Shown here: positions 34,909 through 45,117 of the stretch, in pieces | Layout: each line of letters opens with the position of its first letter | How positions within the stretch are numbered: position 1 is the stretch's first letter | NCBI GenBank assembly: GCA_964624685.1 | Contig: CAZUYA010000006.1 | Span: forward strand, 1 to 50,673 | From: an uncultured Ruminococcus sp. | GTDB lineage: Bacteria; Bacillota; Clostridia; Oscillospirales; CAG-272 | Reading direction: 5' to 3' | Length of the DNA: 50,673 nucleotides | Position numbers and translations under genes: made by a program | Notes under the pieces: generated by a model | The model's input: the letters and a program-made list of their open reading frames with translations, nothing else | Databases searched by the model: none | Told to the model about the DNA's origin: nothing

Positions 34909-37134
34909 ATGAATGATATTGTACATACGGATATTCAAAAACTTTTGGAGATTTTGAAAGCGACTGAAAAAAAATATGATTTGGAAAAAATCGAAAGAGC
35001 CTTTGAATACGCAAAAGAGTTGCACAACGGTCAGTTTCGTGCCAGCGGAGAGGCGTATATATCGCATCCAATTGCGGTTGCCGAAATCGTTGCCGGCTTG
35101 GAATTGGATACGGATTCCATTTGTGCCGCACTGTTGCACGATACGGTGGAAGACTGTTCCGAAAAAACCAATCTGAAGGATTTGGAAAAAAAGTTCGGAT
35201 CCGACGTTGCTATGTTGGTGGACGGATTGACTAAGATCGTGACACTCCAGGTCGAGGACAAGGAAGAGGCGCATATTGAGACTTTACGAAAAATGTTGCT
35301 TGCCATGTCCAAAGACATTCGTGTCATCTTTATTAAGTTGTGCGACCGATTGCATAATATGCGGACATTGAATGCGAAACCGGATCCCAAGCGTCGGTTG
35401 ACTGCATTGGAGACCATGTATGTGTATGCACCGTTGGCACATCGTTTGGGTATGCAGCGAATCAAATTGGAGTTGGAAAATCTCAGTTTGAAGTTCCTTG
35501 ATCCCATCGGATACGAGGAGGTTTTGCACCATATTGATGACAAATACGGTGAAAACCGTAATTTTATGGATAAGATTCGTGCAGAGGTCGGAGAACGGAT
35601 GCAGGAGAACGGGATCCGATTTACGTTGGAAGGTCGCATCAAATCCGTTTATTCCATCTATAAGAAGATGTATAATCAAAATAAATCTTTTGACCAAATT
35701 TACGATTTTTACGCATTGCGTATTATCGTGGATACGGAATTGGAGTGTTACACTGCATTGGGGTTAATCCATGAAATGTACAATTCGATTCCGGGACGGT
35801 TCAAGGATTATATTTCTACTCCGAAGCCGAATATGTATCGCTCTTTGCACACAACCGTCATCGGACGTGACGGAATTCCGTTCGAGGTACAGATCCGTAC
35901 TTGGGAAATGCATCACATTGCAGAGTACGGTATCGCCGCGCACTGGAAGTATAAGACCGGTGCTTCTTCCAAAGAAGAGATCGATAAGCGTTTGGAATGG
36001 GTTGCACGCTTGATTGAGACGGAGAGTGAACAACGTGATCCGGACGAATTTATGAATGCGTTGAAGACGGATATTTTTCATGATGAAGTTTTTGTCTTTT
36101 CCCCGAAAGGAGACGTTTATACGTTGCCAAACGGTGCAAATGTAATTGATTTTGCGTTTGCGGTGCATTCCAAAGTCGGAGAGCGCATGGTGGGCGGAAA
36201 GATCAACGGCATGATTGTGCCGATCGATCGGGAACTGAAGAACGGCGAGATCGTGGAGATTTTGACGTCGGCATCTTCCAAAGGACCGAGTCGAAACTGG
36301 TTGAGCATTGTCAAGACCAGTGCCGCCAGATCGAAGATCAGGGCCTGGTTCAAAAACGAGAAACGCGCCGATAACATTATTGTCGGAAAGGCTACGGTCG
36401 ATTCCGAGATCAAACGGTATCGGAAAGGATGTACGGAAGCACAACGGGAAGAGATCGTGGCGGCAATCAGTGAGCATTGCGGATTTAATTCCTCCGAGGA
36501 TTTTTATAATACCATCGGATACGGTGGCGTCAGCATCGGAAAATATGCCAAACGGATTCAAGAAGAGTGCGAACGTGTGATCAAATCGGATGAAGAACCC
36601 GGACAGGCTCATGAACAAGCGGCGAAGGTGAATATTGTTTCCAAACCGAAGAATGTCAAATCGGACAGCGGGATCATTGTGGACGGAGAGAGCGGTTGCA
36701 TGGTAAAATTTGCAAAATGTTGTAATCCGTTGCCGGGTGATGCTGTGATCGGTTTTGTCACCAAGGGATTTGGAATTTCAATTCACAAACAAGATTGTCC
36801 CAACGTGATTCAAGGAAAGAAAAATGCCGAAAATGCCGAACGTTGGAAAGAAGCGCATTGGGCGCGGAGTGTATCAAACGAAAATAACGACAGCATTTAC
36901 GAGGCTTTATTGCAAATTTATGTGGATGATCGGATCGGTATGCTTGCCGATATTACCGCAACGTTGGCTGACATGCGCGTTTCGATTTTGCAGATCAATG
37001 TCATCGGACACGGAGAAACATCATCAGCCATCAATTTGAAGGTCGGATGCAGGAATATTGCTCACTATAACTCCATTGTTTCCCGTTTGCGCGGACTTCA
37101 GGGCGTGGAGAACATTGTGCGCGGTTTTTCATAA
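34909..37134 (+). CDS. relA: Bifunctional (p)ppGpp synthetase/hydrolase Rel
   Basis: HD motif LLHDTVED, DRLHNMRT, YRSLHT, EVQIRT and AAHWKYK; TGS, CCxP and ACT domains. Confidence 0.97.
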   Translation: MNDIVHTDIQKLLEILKATEKKYDLEKIERAFEYAKELHNGQFRASGEAYISHPIAVAEIVAGLELDTDSICAALLHDTVEDCSEKTNLKDLEKKFGSDVAMLVDGLTKIVTLQVEDKEEAHIETLRKMLLAMSKDIRVIFIKLCDRLHNMRTLNAKPDPKRRLTALETMYVYAPLAHRLGMQRIKLELENLSLKFLDPIGYEEVLHHIDDKYGENRNFMDKIRAEVGERMQENGIRFTLEGRIKSVYSIYKKMYNQNKSFDQIYDFYALRIIVDTELECYTALGLIHEMYNSIPGRFKDYISTPKPNMYRSLHTTVIGRDGIPFEVQIRTWEMHHIAEYGIAAHWKYKTGASSKEEIDKRLEWVARLIETESEQRDPDEFMNALKTDIFHDEVFVFSPKGDVYTLPNGANVIDFAFAVHSKVGERMVGGKINGMIVPIDRELKNGEIVEILTSASSKGPSRNWLSIVKTSAARSKIRAWFKNEKRADNIIVGKATVDSEIKRYRKGCTEAQREEIVAAISEHCGFNSSEDFYNTIGYGGVSIGKYAKRIQEECERVIKSDEEPGQAHEQAAKVNIVSKPKNVKSDSGIIVDGESGCMVKFAKCCNPLPGDAVIGFVTKGFGISIHKQDCPNVIQGKKNAENAERWKEAHWARSVSNENNDSIYEALLQIYVDDRIGMLADITATLADMRVSILQINVIGHGETSSAINLKVGCRNIAHYNSIVSRLRGLQGVENIVRGFS

Positions 37135-37166
37135 AACTATGGCAGAAAAAGAAAGGACGAACCGGT

Positions 37167-37625
37167 ATGAGAGCGGTGATTCAAAGAGTGGCGAATGCCG
37201 CCGTCAAGGTTGACGGAAACACGGTGGGAAGCTGTGAACGCGGATTGTTGATTCTGCTTGGAGTGGCTCAGGGAGATACCGAGACGGATGCAGAGTTGTT
37301 GTGCAAAAAAATTGCGGCACTTCGAATTTTTCGCGATGAAAATGATAAAATGAATTTGTCCGTTCGCGATATTGACGGTGAAGCATTGGTGATTTCTCAA
37401 TTTACATTGATGGCTGATTATCGACATGGCAACCGTCCGGATTTTTTGGCATCTGCAAAACCGGAGGAAGCAAATCGTTTATACGAGTATTTTAAGCAGT
37501 TGTTGGCACGTGAGATTCGACGTGTGGAGTGTGGAATCTTCGGTGCCGATATGAAGGTATCGTTGACCAATGACGGTCCTGTGACAATTTGTATGGACAG
37601 CGAGCTTTTGAAAAAGAAAAAGTAA
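37167..37625 (+). CDS. dtd: D-aminoacyl-tRNA deacylase
   Basis: MRAVIQRV, SQFTL, FGADM and NDGPVT. Confidence 0.97.
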   Translation: MRAVIQRVANAAVKVDGNTVGSCERGLLILLGVAQGDTETDAELLCKKIAALRIFRDENDKMNLSVRDIDGEALVISQFTLMADYRHGNRPDFLASAKPEEANRLYEYFKQLLAREIRRVECGIFGADMKVSLTNDGPVTICMDSELLKKKK

Positions 37626-37637
37626 GGATAGAATGCT

Positions 37638-39137
37638 ATGAAATTGATTTTAGACGGAAATATCAACGCATACTATATTCAAACGCTTTGTATGATCTTT
37701 TTCCCCGGAGCAAAATTCGGTGCGGCGGAACAGGAAAATCCGAATGCGCCGGAGTTGTATTTGCGGATGTCCGAACAAGAGGACGGGGTGGAAGCATATG
37801 TTCGGGTTGCCGTAGACGGTAAAGTAGCTACCTCGGAAAAGTTTTATGCGTATTCCACGGAATTTGACAATGCCAAAACAGCCAAGATGGCGTGCGGTGC
37901 CGCTGTGATCGCCGCCTGCGGAGAGGTAATGGGATACCGCCCTTCGTGGGGAATGTTGACGGGGGTGCGACCTTCCAAAGTGGCAACAGAGCTTTTACAA
38001 TCCGGTGTCAGCAAAACGAGAGTCAAACGGATTTTGACATCCGAATATTTCGTTATTCCGAAAAAGGCGGCTCTGGCGACCGATGTGGCATTAAACGAAC
38101 AAAAGTTAATCGGTCATCCTTCCGGGCGGGATTGCAGCGTTTACATTGCGATTCCGTTTTGCCCGACGCGTTGTTCTTATTGTTCGTTTGTTTCCTATAC
38201 ATCCCCCAAATTACTCGGTCTGATTCCGGATTATCTGGAACATCTGATTTCCGATTTGGAAAAAACATTTTCCAAGATCAAAGAAATGGGATTGCATATT
38301 TGTACCGTATATATCGGAGGCGGAACCCCCACAATCCTGTCTGCCGATCAATTGCGGCGGTTGCTGTCCAAAATTTCCGAATTGACGGATGTAAACGCTT
38401 TGGAGGAATATACTTTGGAGTCCGGCAGACCGGATACCATTACCGCCGAAAAGATGGCGGTTGCCAAGGAATACGGTGTCACACGTGTTTGCGTCAATCC
38501 GCAATCTTTGTGCGAGGCAGTTTTGCAAAGCATTGGGCGGTGCCATACGGCAGACGATTTTTTACGTGCTTATCAAATTGCACGGGAGTCAGGAATCCCG
38601 ATTCTGAATACAGATCTGATTGTCGGGCTTCCGGGGGATACTTTCAAGACCTTTTCGGCAACCTTTGATCAGATCCTGTTACTTCGACCGGAGAATATTA
38701 CTGTGCATACCTTTTGCGTCAAAAAAGCGGCGGAAATTTTGCGGCAGGGGAACAGCGTTTATTCTTTGCGCGGAGGAGATGCCGGAAAATGTGTTGATTA
38801 TTCACAATTAAAGACACAACAGGAGGGGTATCTGCCATATTATATGTATCGGCAGAAAAATACGGTTGGCAATTTTGAAAATGTCGGGTTTGCTTTGGAA
38901 GGCGCGGAAGGTCGGTATAATGTTTACATGATGGAGGAAGTCCATTCCATCTTTGCCTTGGGGGCGGGGGCTGTTTCCAAAATGGTCGATTACCATCCGA
39001 AAGATGGTGGAAAACCTGTCATCGAACGTCTTTTTTATCCAAAGTATCCGTATGAATATCTTCGTGATGAAAGTACGGATGAAAAAATAGCGGCAATGGA
39101 AGCTTTTTACCGCAACCATCGGCTGTTGGAAGATTGA
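37638..39137 (+). CDS. hemZ: Radical SAM coproporphyrinogen dehydrogenase-like HemZ
   Basis: WGMLTGVRP, IPFCPTRCSYCSF, GGGTPT, GRPDT and YMYRQK; lies after relA-dtd. Confidence 0.92.
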   Translation: MKLILDGNINAYYIQTLCMIFFPGAKFGAAEQENPNAPELYLRMSEQEDGVEAYVRVAVDGKVATSEKFYAYSTEFDNAKTAKMACGAAVIAACGEVMGYRPSWGMLTGVRPSKVATELLQSGVSKTRVKRILTSEYFVIPKKAALATDVALNEQKLIGHPSGRDCSVYIAIPFCPTRCSYCSFVSYTSPKLLGLIPDYLEHLISDLEKTFSKIKEMGLHICTVYIGGGTPTILSADQLRRLLSKISELTDVNALEEYTLESGRPDTITAEKMAVAKEYGVTRVCVNPQSLCEAVLQSIGRCHTADDFLRAYQIARESGIPILNTDLIVGLPGDTFKTFSATFDQILLLRPENITVHTFCVKKAAEILRQGNSVYSLRGGDAGKCVDYSQLKTQQEGYLPYYMYRQKNTVGNFENVGFALEGAEGRYNVYMMEEVHSIFALGAGAVSKMVDYHPKDGGKPVIERLFYPKYPYEYLRDESTDEKIAAMEAFYRNHRLLED

Positions 39138-39178
39138 AGTTCAACCGTTCGGTTTCTGTCGAAAGGAGCGTGTTTGAT

Positions 39179-40093
39179 ATGAAACGTTATATTGTCCAAA
39201 CATTTCGAGATGAACCGGAATTGCAAAATTTTGTCAGGAGTTGCGACGAACAATTTGATGTTTCGATTGAGCGGACTGTCAAAGGATTGGAGCATGTACA
39301 GAATTTGCGGTTGTTCGGATTGACCGGTCCCAGTTGTTCCGGAAAAACGACGGCGGCAAAAAAAATTACGGAATATTTGGAGAAAACAGGCTTTCGTGTA
39401 CATGTCATATCCATTGACGATTTCTACTTTGACAAGGACTATCTCAATCGGAAATCTTGCGAACAACAGGGCGGAGAGATCGATTACGATTCGGAATCTA
39501 CCATTGATATGGAATTGCTTGCAGAGAAAACAGACCAATTGTTGCGCGGAGTCGCAACACAATTGCCGCGATTTGATTTTTCGGTCGGTCAACGTGTGCC
39601 GGGGGAATGGATCGAGCCGAAGCGGGAAGATGTTTTTTTGTTTGAAGGGATCCAATTACTGTATCCGCGTGTGAACGCGATTTTGAATCGCAGTCCGGCG
39701 TATCGTTGCTTCTATATCAGTCCGGATACTGCCCTGGAGGTCGGAGAGACGCTGTTTACACCGAATGAGATTCGATTGTGTCGGAGATTGGTACGTGACT
39801 TTTATCGTCGCGCCACGGCACCGGAATTTACGTTCTATCTTTGGAAAAGTGTCAGAATGAACGAGGAACAGAATATTTTTCCGCAAATTCATTTGTGCCA
39901 CGGAAGAATTGATTCTACCATGCGCTACGAGCTTGGAATGTTGAAACCGTATTTGGAGCAAATTTTCAAGCAGATCCCACCGACGCATCCCGCGGTCGAG
40001 GAGGCGATGCTTTTGTGGAATAAACTGCAAGCGGTTCAGCCGATCTCGGCTGCTTATATGACCGAAAATTCATTGTACAAGGAATTTATTTGA
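39179..40093 (+). CDS. Nucleoside (uridine) kinase family protein
   Basis: GPSCSGKTT, SIDDFY, EGI, RRLVRD and EEQNIFP; AAGGAG RBS. Confidence 0.85.
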   Translation: MKRYIVQTFRDEPELQNFVRSCDEQFDVSIERTVKGLEHVQNLRLFGLTGPSCSGKTTAAKKITEYLEKTGFRVHVISIDDFYFDKDYLNRKSCEQQGGEIDYDSESTIDMELLAEKTDQLLRGVATQLPRFDFSVGQRVPGEWIEPKREDVFLFEGIQLLYPRVNAILNRSPAYRCFYISPDTALEVGETLFTPNEIRLCRRLVRDFYRRATAPEFTFYLWKSVRMNEEQNIFPQIHLCHGRIDSTMRYELGMLKPYLEQIFKQIPPTHPAVEEAMLLWNKLQAVQPISAAYMTENSLYKEFI

Positions 40094-41382
40094 TGAAAAC
40101 AATCTTAAAAAATGTAACCCTGTTACCGGAGTACGGATATGGATCACGGCGAGTACATGTTGTAACGGAAAATAAAACGATCACACAGATCACGGAACAG
40201 TTGCCGGATGTTGCCGATGGCGAGATGATCGATTGTAACGGAAATTTATTACTTCCGGCTTTTTATAATACACATTGCCACGCCGCCATGACGCTGTTCC
40301 GCGGGTATGGTGAAGATCTTCCGTTGCAAAAATGGTTGGAAGAACGCATTTTTCCGGCAGAAGATCGATTGACATATCAAAGCGTTTTTTCGGCTTCGAT
40401 GTGGGCGATCGCCGAGATGTTGAAAAGCGGAGTCGCTTCTTTTTCCGATATGTACATGTTTGAGGATGCGGTTGCGGAAGCGGTACTGCAATCCGGCATC
40501 AAGGCAAATCTTTCGCGGTCCATCGTTTCTTTTGATCGGGAGATTGATATGGCTGCCGATCATCGCATGGAAGAGTCCGTTCGGTTATATCAAACTTATC
40601 ACAATGCCGATGACGGACGATTAAAAATTGACTTTTCTTTGCATGCCGAATATACCAATGTTCCGCGGGCATGTGCATATGTCGGTGACTATGCCGTTTC
40701 GCACGGTGTCGGTATGCAGATCCATCTTTCGGAAACGGAGAAGGAACATCAGGAATGTTTGGCGCGTCACGGCAAAACGCCGACAAGGTTTTTTTACGAT
40801 TTGGGAGTGTTGGATGCACCGACCACTGCCGCACATTGTGTTTGGGTTACGGAAGAGGATATGCTGTTGTTGGCAGAGAAGAAGGTTCATGTGGCGCATA
40901 ATCCGATCAGCAATCTCAAACTGGGCAGCGGAGTGATGCCGTTGAAACAGATGTTGAATGCGGGGATCCATGTGTGTCTTGGAACCGACGGAGTGGCTTC
41001 CAATAATCGTTTGGATATTTTGCGTGAAATGCAGACGGCAGCTGTTTTGCATAAAGGCATCCAGCGCGATCCCGCCTGTATGACTGCGCGGGAGTTGTTC
41101 CCTCTGGCAACGCGAAACGGTGCTTTGGCACAGGGACGATCCGATTGCGGAACCATACAGGTCGGCTGTCGAGCCGATTTGATTTTGTTGGATCGTTCGT
41201 CGATTCATAATATTCCTTCTTACGACGATTATTCCATGCTTGCTTACAGTGCCGAACGATCGGATATTCAAATGACCATGGTGGACGGACGCATACTTTA
41301 TCGAAACGGGGAATATACTTCTATTGATGAGGAACGTCTCCGCTTTGAATGCCGCGAGGTGTTTGATCATTATTTTGACTGA
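40093..41382 (+). CDS. Amidohydrolase, 5-methylthioadenosine/S-adenosylhomocysteine deaminase (MtaD)-like
   Basis: NTHCH, LFRGYGEDLPLQKWL, HLSET, AHCV, HNPISNLKLGSG and LGTDG. Confidence 0.85.
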   Translation: MKTILKNVTLLPEYGYGSRRVHVVTENKTITQITEQLPDVADGEMIDCNGNLLLPAFYNTHCHAAMTLFRGYGEDLPLQKWLEERIFPAEDRLTYQSVFSASMWAIAEMLKSGVASFSDMYMFEDAVAEAVLQSGIKANLSRSIVSFDREIDMAADHRMEESVRLYQTYHNADDGRLKIDFSLHAEYTNVPRACAYVGDYAVSHGVGMQIHLSETEKEHQECLARHGKTPTRFFYDLGVLDAPTTAAHCVWVTEEDMLLLAEKKVHVAHNPISNLKLGSGVMPLKQMLNAGIHVCLGTDGVASNNRLDILREMQTAAVLHKGIQRDPACMTARELFPLATRNGALAQGRSDCGTIQVGCRADLILLDRSSIHNIPSYDDYSMLAYSAERSDIQMTMVDGRILYRNGEYTSIDEERLRFECREVFDHYFD

Positions 41383-41402
41383 CACAACGTGAGGTGAATA
41401 GG

Positions 41403-43061
41403 ATGGAAGACGTGACAAAGGTATCTGCGCGCAAGACCTTTTTCACAGGCGTTTTGATGCTTTCGGTTTCTACGGTCCTGGTAAAATTGATTGGCTTGTT
41501 GTATAAAATTCCCATGCTCTCGTATCTTGGATCCGAGGGCATGGGGTATTTTAATTCGGCATATGAAATTTATGCTTTGTTTTGCGTGATTGCCACGGCG
41601 GGGTTGCCTGTAGCAGTATCTGTTTTGATTTCCGGTGCTGTTGCCGAAAACAGATGGGCTGACGTTCGGAAAATTGATCGTGCGGCAAGCATCATATTTG
41701 TTTGGGTAGGGGTGTTCGGAAGTCTTTTCATGTTTTTGTTGGCGCGTCCGATTTGTTTTTGGATACGCAGTGAACATGCGTATGCTTGTATTGTTTCAAT
41801 TTCGCCGACCGTTTTTTTTGTGTGTATATCGTCAGCCGTTCGAGGCTATTTTCAAGGATTTCAAAAAATGTTTCCGACCGCGGTTTCTCAATTGATTGAA
41901 GCTCTGGGGAAATTGGGCTTCGGATTGCTGTTTGCGCATCTGGCTTTGCGATCCGGAAGACCGACCGAAGCGGTTGCGGCATCTGCCGGATGGGGATTGA
42001 CACTCGGTACCGCACTTTCCACACTTTATTTGCTGATTGTCAAAAAACGCTCTTTTGCAAAGAGAAAAGAGCAAAAGCCGATTCCATCCGAGTCGGACGG
42101 TTCCGATTATCGAACAATTTGGAAAACGATTGGAAAATTGGCAGGACCGATGACGTTGGGGGCATCTATGGTCAGCCTTACCAAATTGATCGATATGACC
42201 ATGATCTTGCGCCGATTACAGACGATCGGATATACGGAAGCCATGGCAAACGAAGCATACGGAAGTTATACGACTTTGGCACTTTCCGTGTTTGGGCTAT
42301 TGCCGACATTGTTGAATTCCGTTGCGTTGCCCTTGGTTCCCATGCTGTCGGCGGCAATCGCGGTACAGGATGCGGAAAAACAACGTCAAATCGTGGAAAC
42401 ATCCTATCGTTTAACCACCTTTTTTGCACTTCCGACAGCTTTTGGAATTTCTGTTTTTGCACATCCGATCCTATCATTCTTATTCGGAAAAGAACCGGAA
42501 GCGGTTGACGTGGCGGCACCCTTGCTTGCGGTACTCGGATTTTCCGTCTTTTTGTCCTGCATGATTACGGCGACAAATTCCGTGTTGCATGCTTATTGGG
42601 ATGTCAAGTCTCCGATCATTTCCATGTCGATCGGTGCCGCAGTCAAATTGTTGGTCGCGTATTGTTTGATCGGTATTCCGTCTGTTGGATTGATGGGAGC
42701 ACCGATCAGCAGTTTCTTTTGCAATGCAACGGTGGTGACGATCAATTTGCGGCGTGCTTGCAGATTCTCCGGTTCGTATTCCGTCAAAAGGTTATTTCTC
42801 TATCCTTTGGTTGCCGCGACCGGTGCCGTTGCCGTATCATTCGGTCTTTACCTTTGTTTGCTGAAGTCCTTCGGAGAAACAGGATGGATCTTACTGTTGT
42901 GTGTGATGCTGACCGTTGTGGTCTATGCTTTTTTTGCTTTAATCGGCGGATTGATCTCACAAGAAGATCTATATGCTTTGCCGTTTGGCAAGCAAGTATG
43001 CGCTTGGGCTGAACGATTGCATTTGGTTCCCATGCGGTCGAAAAATCGTGTCAAAAAGTAA
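41403..43061 (+). CDS. SpoVB/YabM-like MOP flippase (polysaccharide biosynthesis protein)
   Basis: KLIGLLYKIP, GLPVAVS, RGYFQG, PTAVSQLIE and ~14 TM segments; upstream of HU-yabO-yabP-yabQ. Confidence 0.88.
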   Translation: MEDVTKVSARKTFFTGVLMLSVSTVLVKLIGLLYKIPMLSYLGSEGMGYFNSAYEIYALFCVIATAGLPVAVSVLISGAVAENRWADVRKIDRAASIIFVWVGVFGSLFMFLLARPICFWIRSEHAYACIVSISPTVFFVCISSAVRGYFQGFQKMFPTAVSQLIEALGKLGFGLLFAHLALRSGRPTEAVAASAGWGLTLGTALSTLYLLIVKKRSFAKRKEQKPIPSESDGSDYRTIWKTIGKLAGPMTLGASMVSLTKLIDMTMILRRLQTIGYTEAMANEAYGSYTTLALSVFGLLPTLLNSVALPLVPMLSAAIAVQDAEKQRQIVETSYRLTTFFALPTAFGISVFAHPILSFLFGKEPEAVDVAAPLLAVLGFSVFLSCMITATNSVLHAYWDVKSPIISMSIGAAVKLLVAYCLIGIPSVGLMGAPISSFFCNATVVTINLRRACRFSGSYSVKRLFLYPLVAATGAVAVSFGLYLCLLKSFGETGWILLLCVMLTVVVYAFFALIGGLISQEDLYALPFGKQVCAWAERLHLVPMRSKNRVKK

Positions 43062-43082
43062 TCGGCAAAAATGAAAAAGCTC

Positions 43083-43111
43083 TTGAAGTGCGAAAAAAAA
43101 TATGTTATAAT
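43083..43111 (+). promoter_or_regulatory. Sigma-A promoter of HU/yabO
   Basis: TTGAAG-17 nt-TATAAT with extended TG. Confidence 0.75.
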
Positions 43112-43152
43112 GATATTACAGATTATCCTACGTCGATGAGTGAGGTATGATT

Positions 43153-43431
43153 ATGATCAAATCGCAATGGATTGAAAAAGCGGCAGAAAACAGTCACCTG
43201 TCTAAAAAGGAAATGACGGTGGCATATCATGCGCTTTTTGAAACATTCCAACAAACACTTTTGTCAGGGGAATCGGTGCAAATTCCGGGATTGGGAACGT
43301 TTGTTATCCGTGAAAAGGAAGCTTGTACCGTTCGCAATCCGAAAACAGGAGCGGTGATCTTAAAACCGAGTTCCCGCCGTGTGGTATTTTTAACAGGAAA
43401 AACATTAAAGGAAAAACTCAATGAGACTTGA
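43153..43431 (+). CDS. hup: HU family DNA-binding protein (divergent)
   Basis: GESVQIPGLGTF, RNPKTG and GKTLKE motifs; conserved position (alternative start 43147). Confidence 0.88.
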   Translation: MIKSQWIEKAAENSHLSKKEMTVAYHALFETFQQTLLSGESVQIPGLGTFVIREKEACTVRNPKTGAVILKPSSRRVVFLTGKTLKEKLNET

Positions 43432-43663
43432 TAAATTTTTGAAAGTATCCAGAATTATTAAACGTCGCACAGTTGCAAACGAGGCTTGCGACGCGGAACA
43501 TGTCAGCGTCAACGGAAAAAAAGCAAAGGCATCTTACGATGTCAAAGAAGGGGATATATTGGAGATCACCTTCGGGCAACGCACTTTGAAAGTGCGCGTG
43601 CTGAATATTAAGGAATATACTCCCAAAGCAGATGCCGCCGGATTATATGAAGTGATCGGATAG
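43421..43663 (+). CDS. yabO: RNA-binding S4 domain protein YabO/RqcP
   Basis: MRLDKFLKVSRIIKRRTVANEAC. Confidence 0.95.
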   Translation: MRLDKFLKVSRIIKRRTVANEACDAEHVSVNGKKAKASYDVKEGDILEITFGQRTLKVRVLNIKEYTPKADAAGLYEVIG

Positions 43664-43667
43664 TTTT

Positions 43668-43696
43668 GCATATTCCGGAACGCCCCGGCATAAATT
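43668..43696 (+). promoter_or_regulatory. Probable sigma-E (mother-cell) promoter of yabP-yabQ
   Basis: GCATATT-14 nt-CATAAATT matches the SigE consensus; yabPQ is SigE-controlled in B. subtilis. Confidence 0.7.
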
Positions 43697-43727
43697 GTAG
43701 CAAACCGACCAAACGGAGGCTTGTGTT

Positions 43728-44027
43728 ATGAATACCGAGGCAAGTAAAGGGGAGCAACAAACCGTACATCAGATTTTGATGCAAAACAGAAAGATGATGG
43801 AAATTCGCGGCGTTACGGATGTGAATCAATTTGATGAGCAAACGGTGGTACTTGAAACGTCTTGCGGCACCGTTTCGATTGAAGGGGTTGCACTTCACAT
43901 TCATGTTTTGAACGTGGAACAAGGTCTGGTGACGATGGAAGGTAAAATTGATTCCGTGACCTATTATGAACAGGTAACGAGCAACACAAACGGAAAGAAC
44001 GGCTTTTTCAAAAAGCTGTTTCGTTAA
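43728..44027 (+). CDS. yabP: Sporulation protein YabP
   Basis: HQILMQNRK..GVTDV.QFDE..LET..G..IEG..L.I..L...G...EGKIDSVTY..GFFKKLFR. Confidence 0.93.
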   Translation: MNTEASKGEQQTVHQILMQNRKMMEIRGVTDVNQFDEQTVVLETSCGTVSIEGVALHIHVLNVEQGLVTMEGKIDSVTYYEQVTSNTNGKNGFFKKLFR

Positions 44028-44677
44028 TGATCGGCATGGCAATATCACAGTCCGCATTGGCGCGGCTTTTGCTTTATGCTGTTTTATTGGGTGGTTGTTT
44101 GGGAGTTTGCTACGACGTGTTGGGTTTGAATCGCGTATTTTTCGGCGGTTCGTTCAGTCCGCGGACAGCGGCATATTTGCAAACTTTACGGTTGCCGTGG
44201 TTACGTTCCAGGCAGAGAGCTGTCGGGAAGGGGCGATTGTTGAAAATTGCTGTGTTTTTCAGTGATTTTCTTTTTTGCGTGATTGCCGGCTGTTTTGTGA
44301 TCCTACTGTTTTATCAATTCAATAGCGGGAAGATACGGATTCCGGCGTTGGTCTGTGTGGCAGTCGGATTTGTGTTGTATCGTATGACGTTGGGACAGCT
44401 GACGGCGGTGTTTTTTGAATGGGTTATCTTCTTATCGAAAACAGCAGTACGCTATGTGGCGTTTTTTCTGCTGTTTCCGTTTCGGCGGGTGGGAAGTCGC
44501 GTGAAACGGCAGATCCGTTACTTGCTCGAAAGGCGGAAAAGCAGAGTTGACGCGCGGAGACGGTCGGCGTTTACCGCGCAGGAAACAAGCAGGTTGGAGC
44601 AAAATGCTTGCGGAATGATTTTTGAACCGGTTGATTGTCGTTTAGATGAATCAATCAAGATAGGAGAAGTAAAATAA
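44027..44677 (+). CDS. yabQ: Spore cortex biosynthesis protein YabQ
   Basis: SQ..LL..VLLG..LG..YD, DFLF, NSGKIR and G..LY; follows yabP. Confidence 0.85.
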   Translation: MIGMAISQSALARLLLYAVLLGGCLGVCYDVLGLNRVFFGGSFSPRTAAYLQTLRLPWLRSRQRAVGKGRLLKIAVFFSDFLFCVIAGCFVILLFYQFNSGKIRIPALVCVAVGFVLYRMTLGQLTAVFFEWVIFLSKTAVRYVAFFLLFPFRRVGSRVKRQIRYLLERRKSRVDARRRSAFTAQETSRLEQNACGMIFEPVDCRLDESIKIGEVK

Positions 44678-45103
44678 ATGGAAGAACGAAAAAAGAAACA
44701 ATTCAGTTTAAGTTTGATGGTTAAAGTGTTTCTTTGTCTGATTGTACTCATCTCTATCGGTGTCTTTGCAAACAGTGTGATGTACTACAATCAGTTGCAT
44801 CAAGAGGCTGAAGCATTGACAGACGCCTTGAATCGTTTGTACCAAACGAGGACGGAACTGGTTGAAATGCTTGGATCGGCAGAGGAACTGAATGTGTTGC
44901 TGTCGGATTACAGTCGATGTCAGGAGCTGTTGCAATCCGGGACGCTGGAAGGGGAGTTGTTGGATGAATATACGGTGCATTTGCAGGAGATTCGAGAGTT
45001 GTTGAATCGTTCCGAAAACAAGGAATACATCGCAAGATTGGCAAAGGATGAATTGGATCTGTATTTTGCCGATGAGAAAATCTTTTATAACGATATGAAT
45101 TGA
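44678..45103 (+). CDS. DivIC/FtsB-like septum formation initiator
   Basis: Basic N-terminus, TM helix, coiled coil and C-terminal [19 protein letters not shown]; syntenic after yabQ. Confidence 0.75.
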   Translation: MEERKKKQFSLSLMVKVFLCLIVLISIGVFANSVMYYNQLHQEAEALTDALNRLYQTRTELVEMLGSAEELNVLLSDYSRCQELLQSGTLEGELLDEYTVHLQEIRELLNRSENKEYIARLAKDELDLYFADEKIFYNDMN

Positions 45104-45117
45104 GTGGGAATGGCGGA

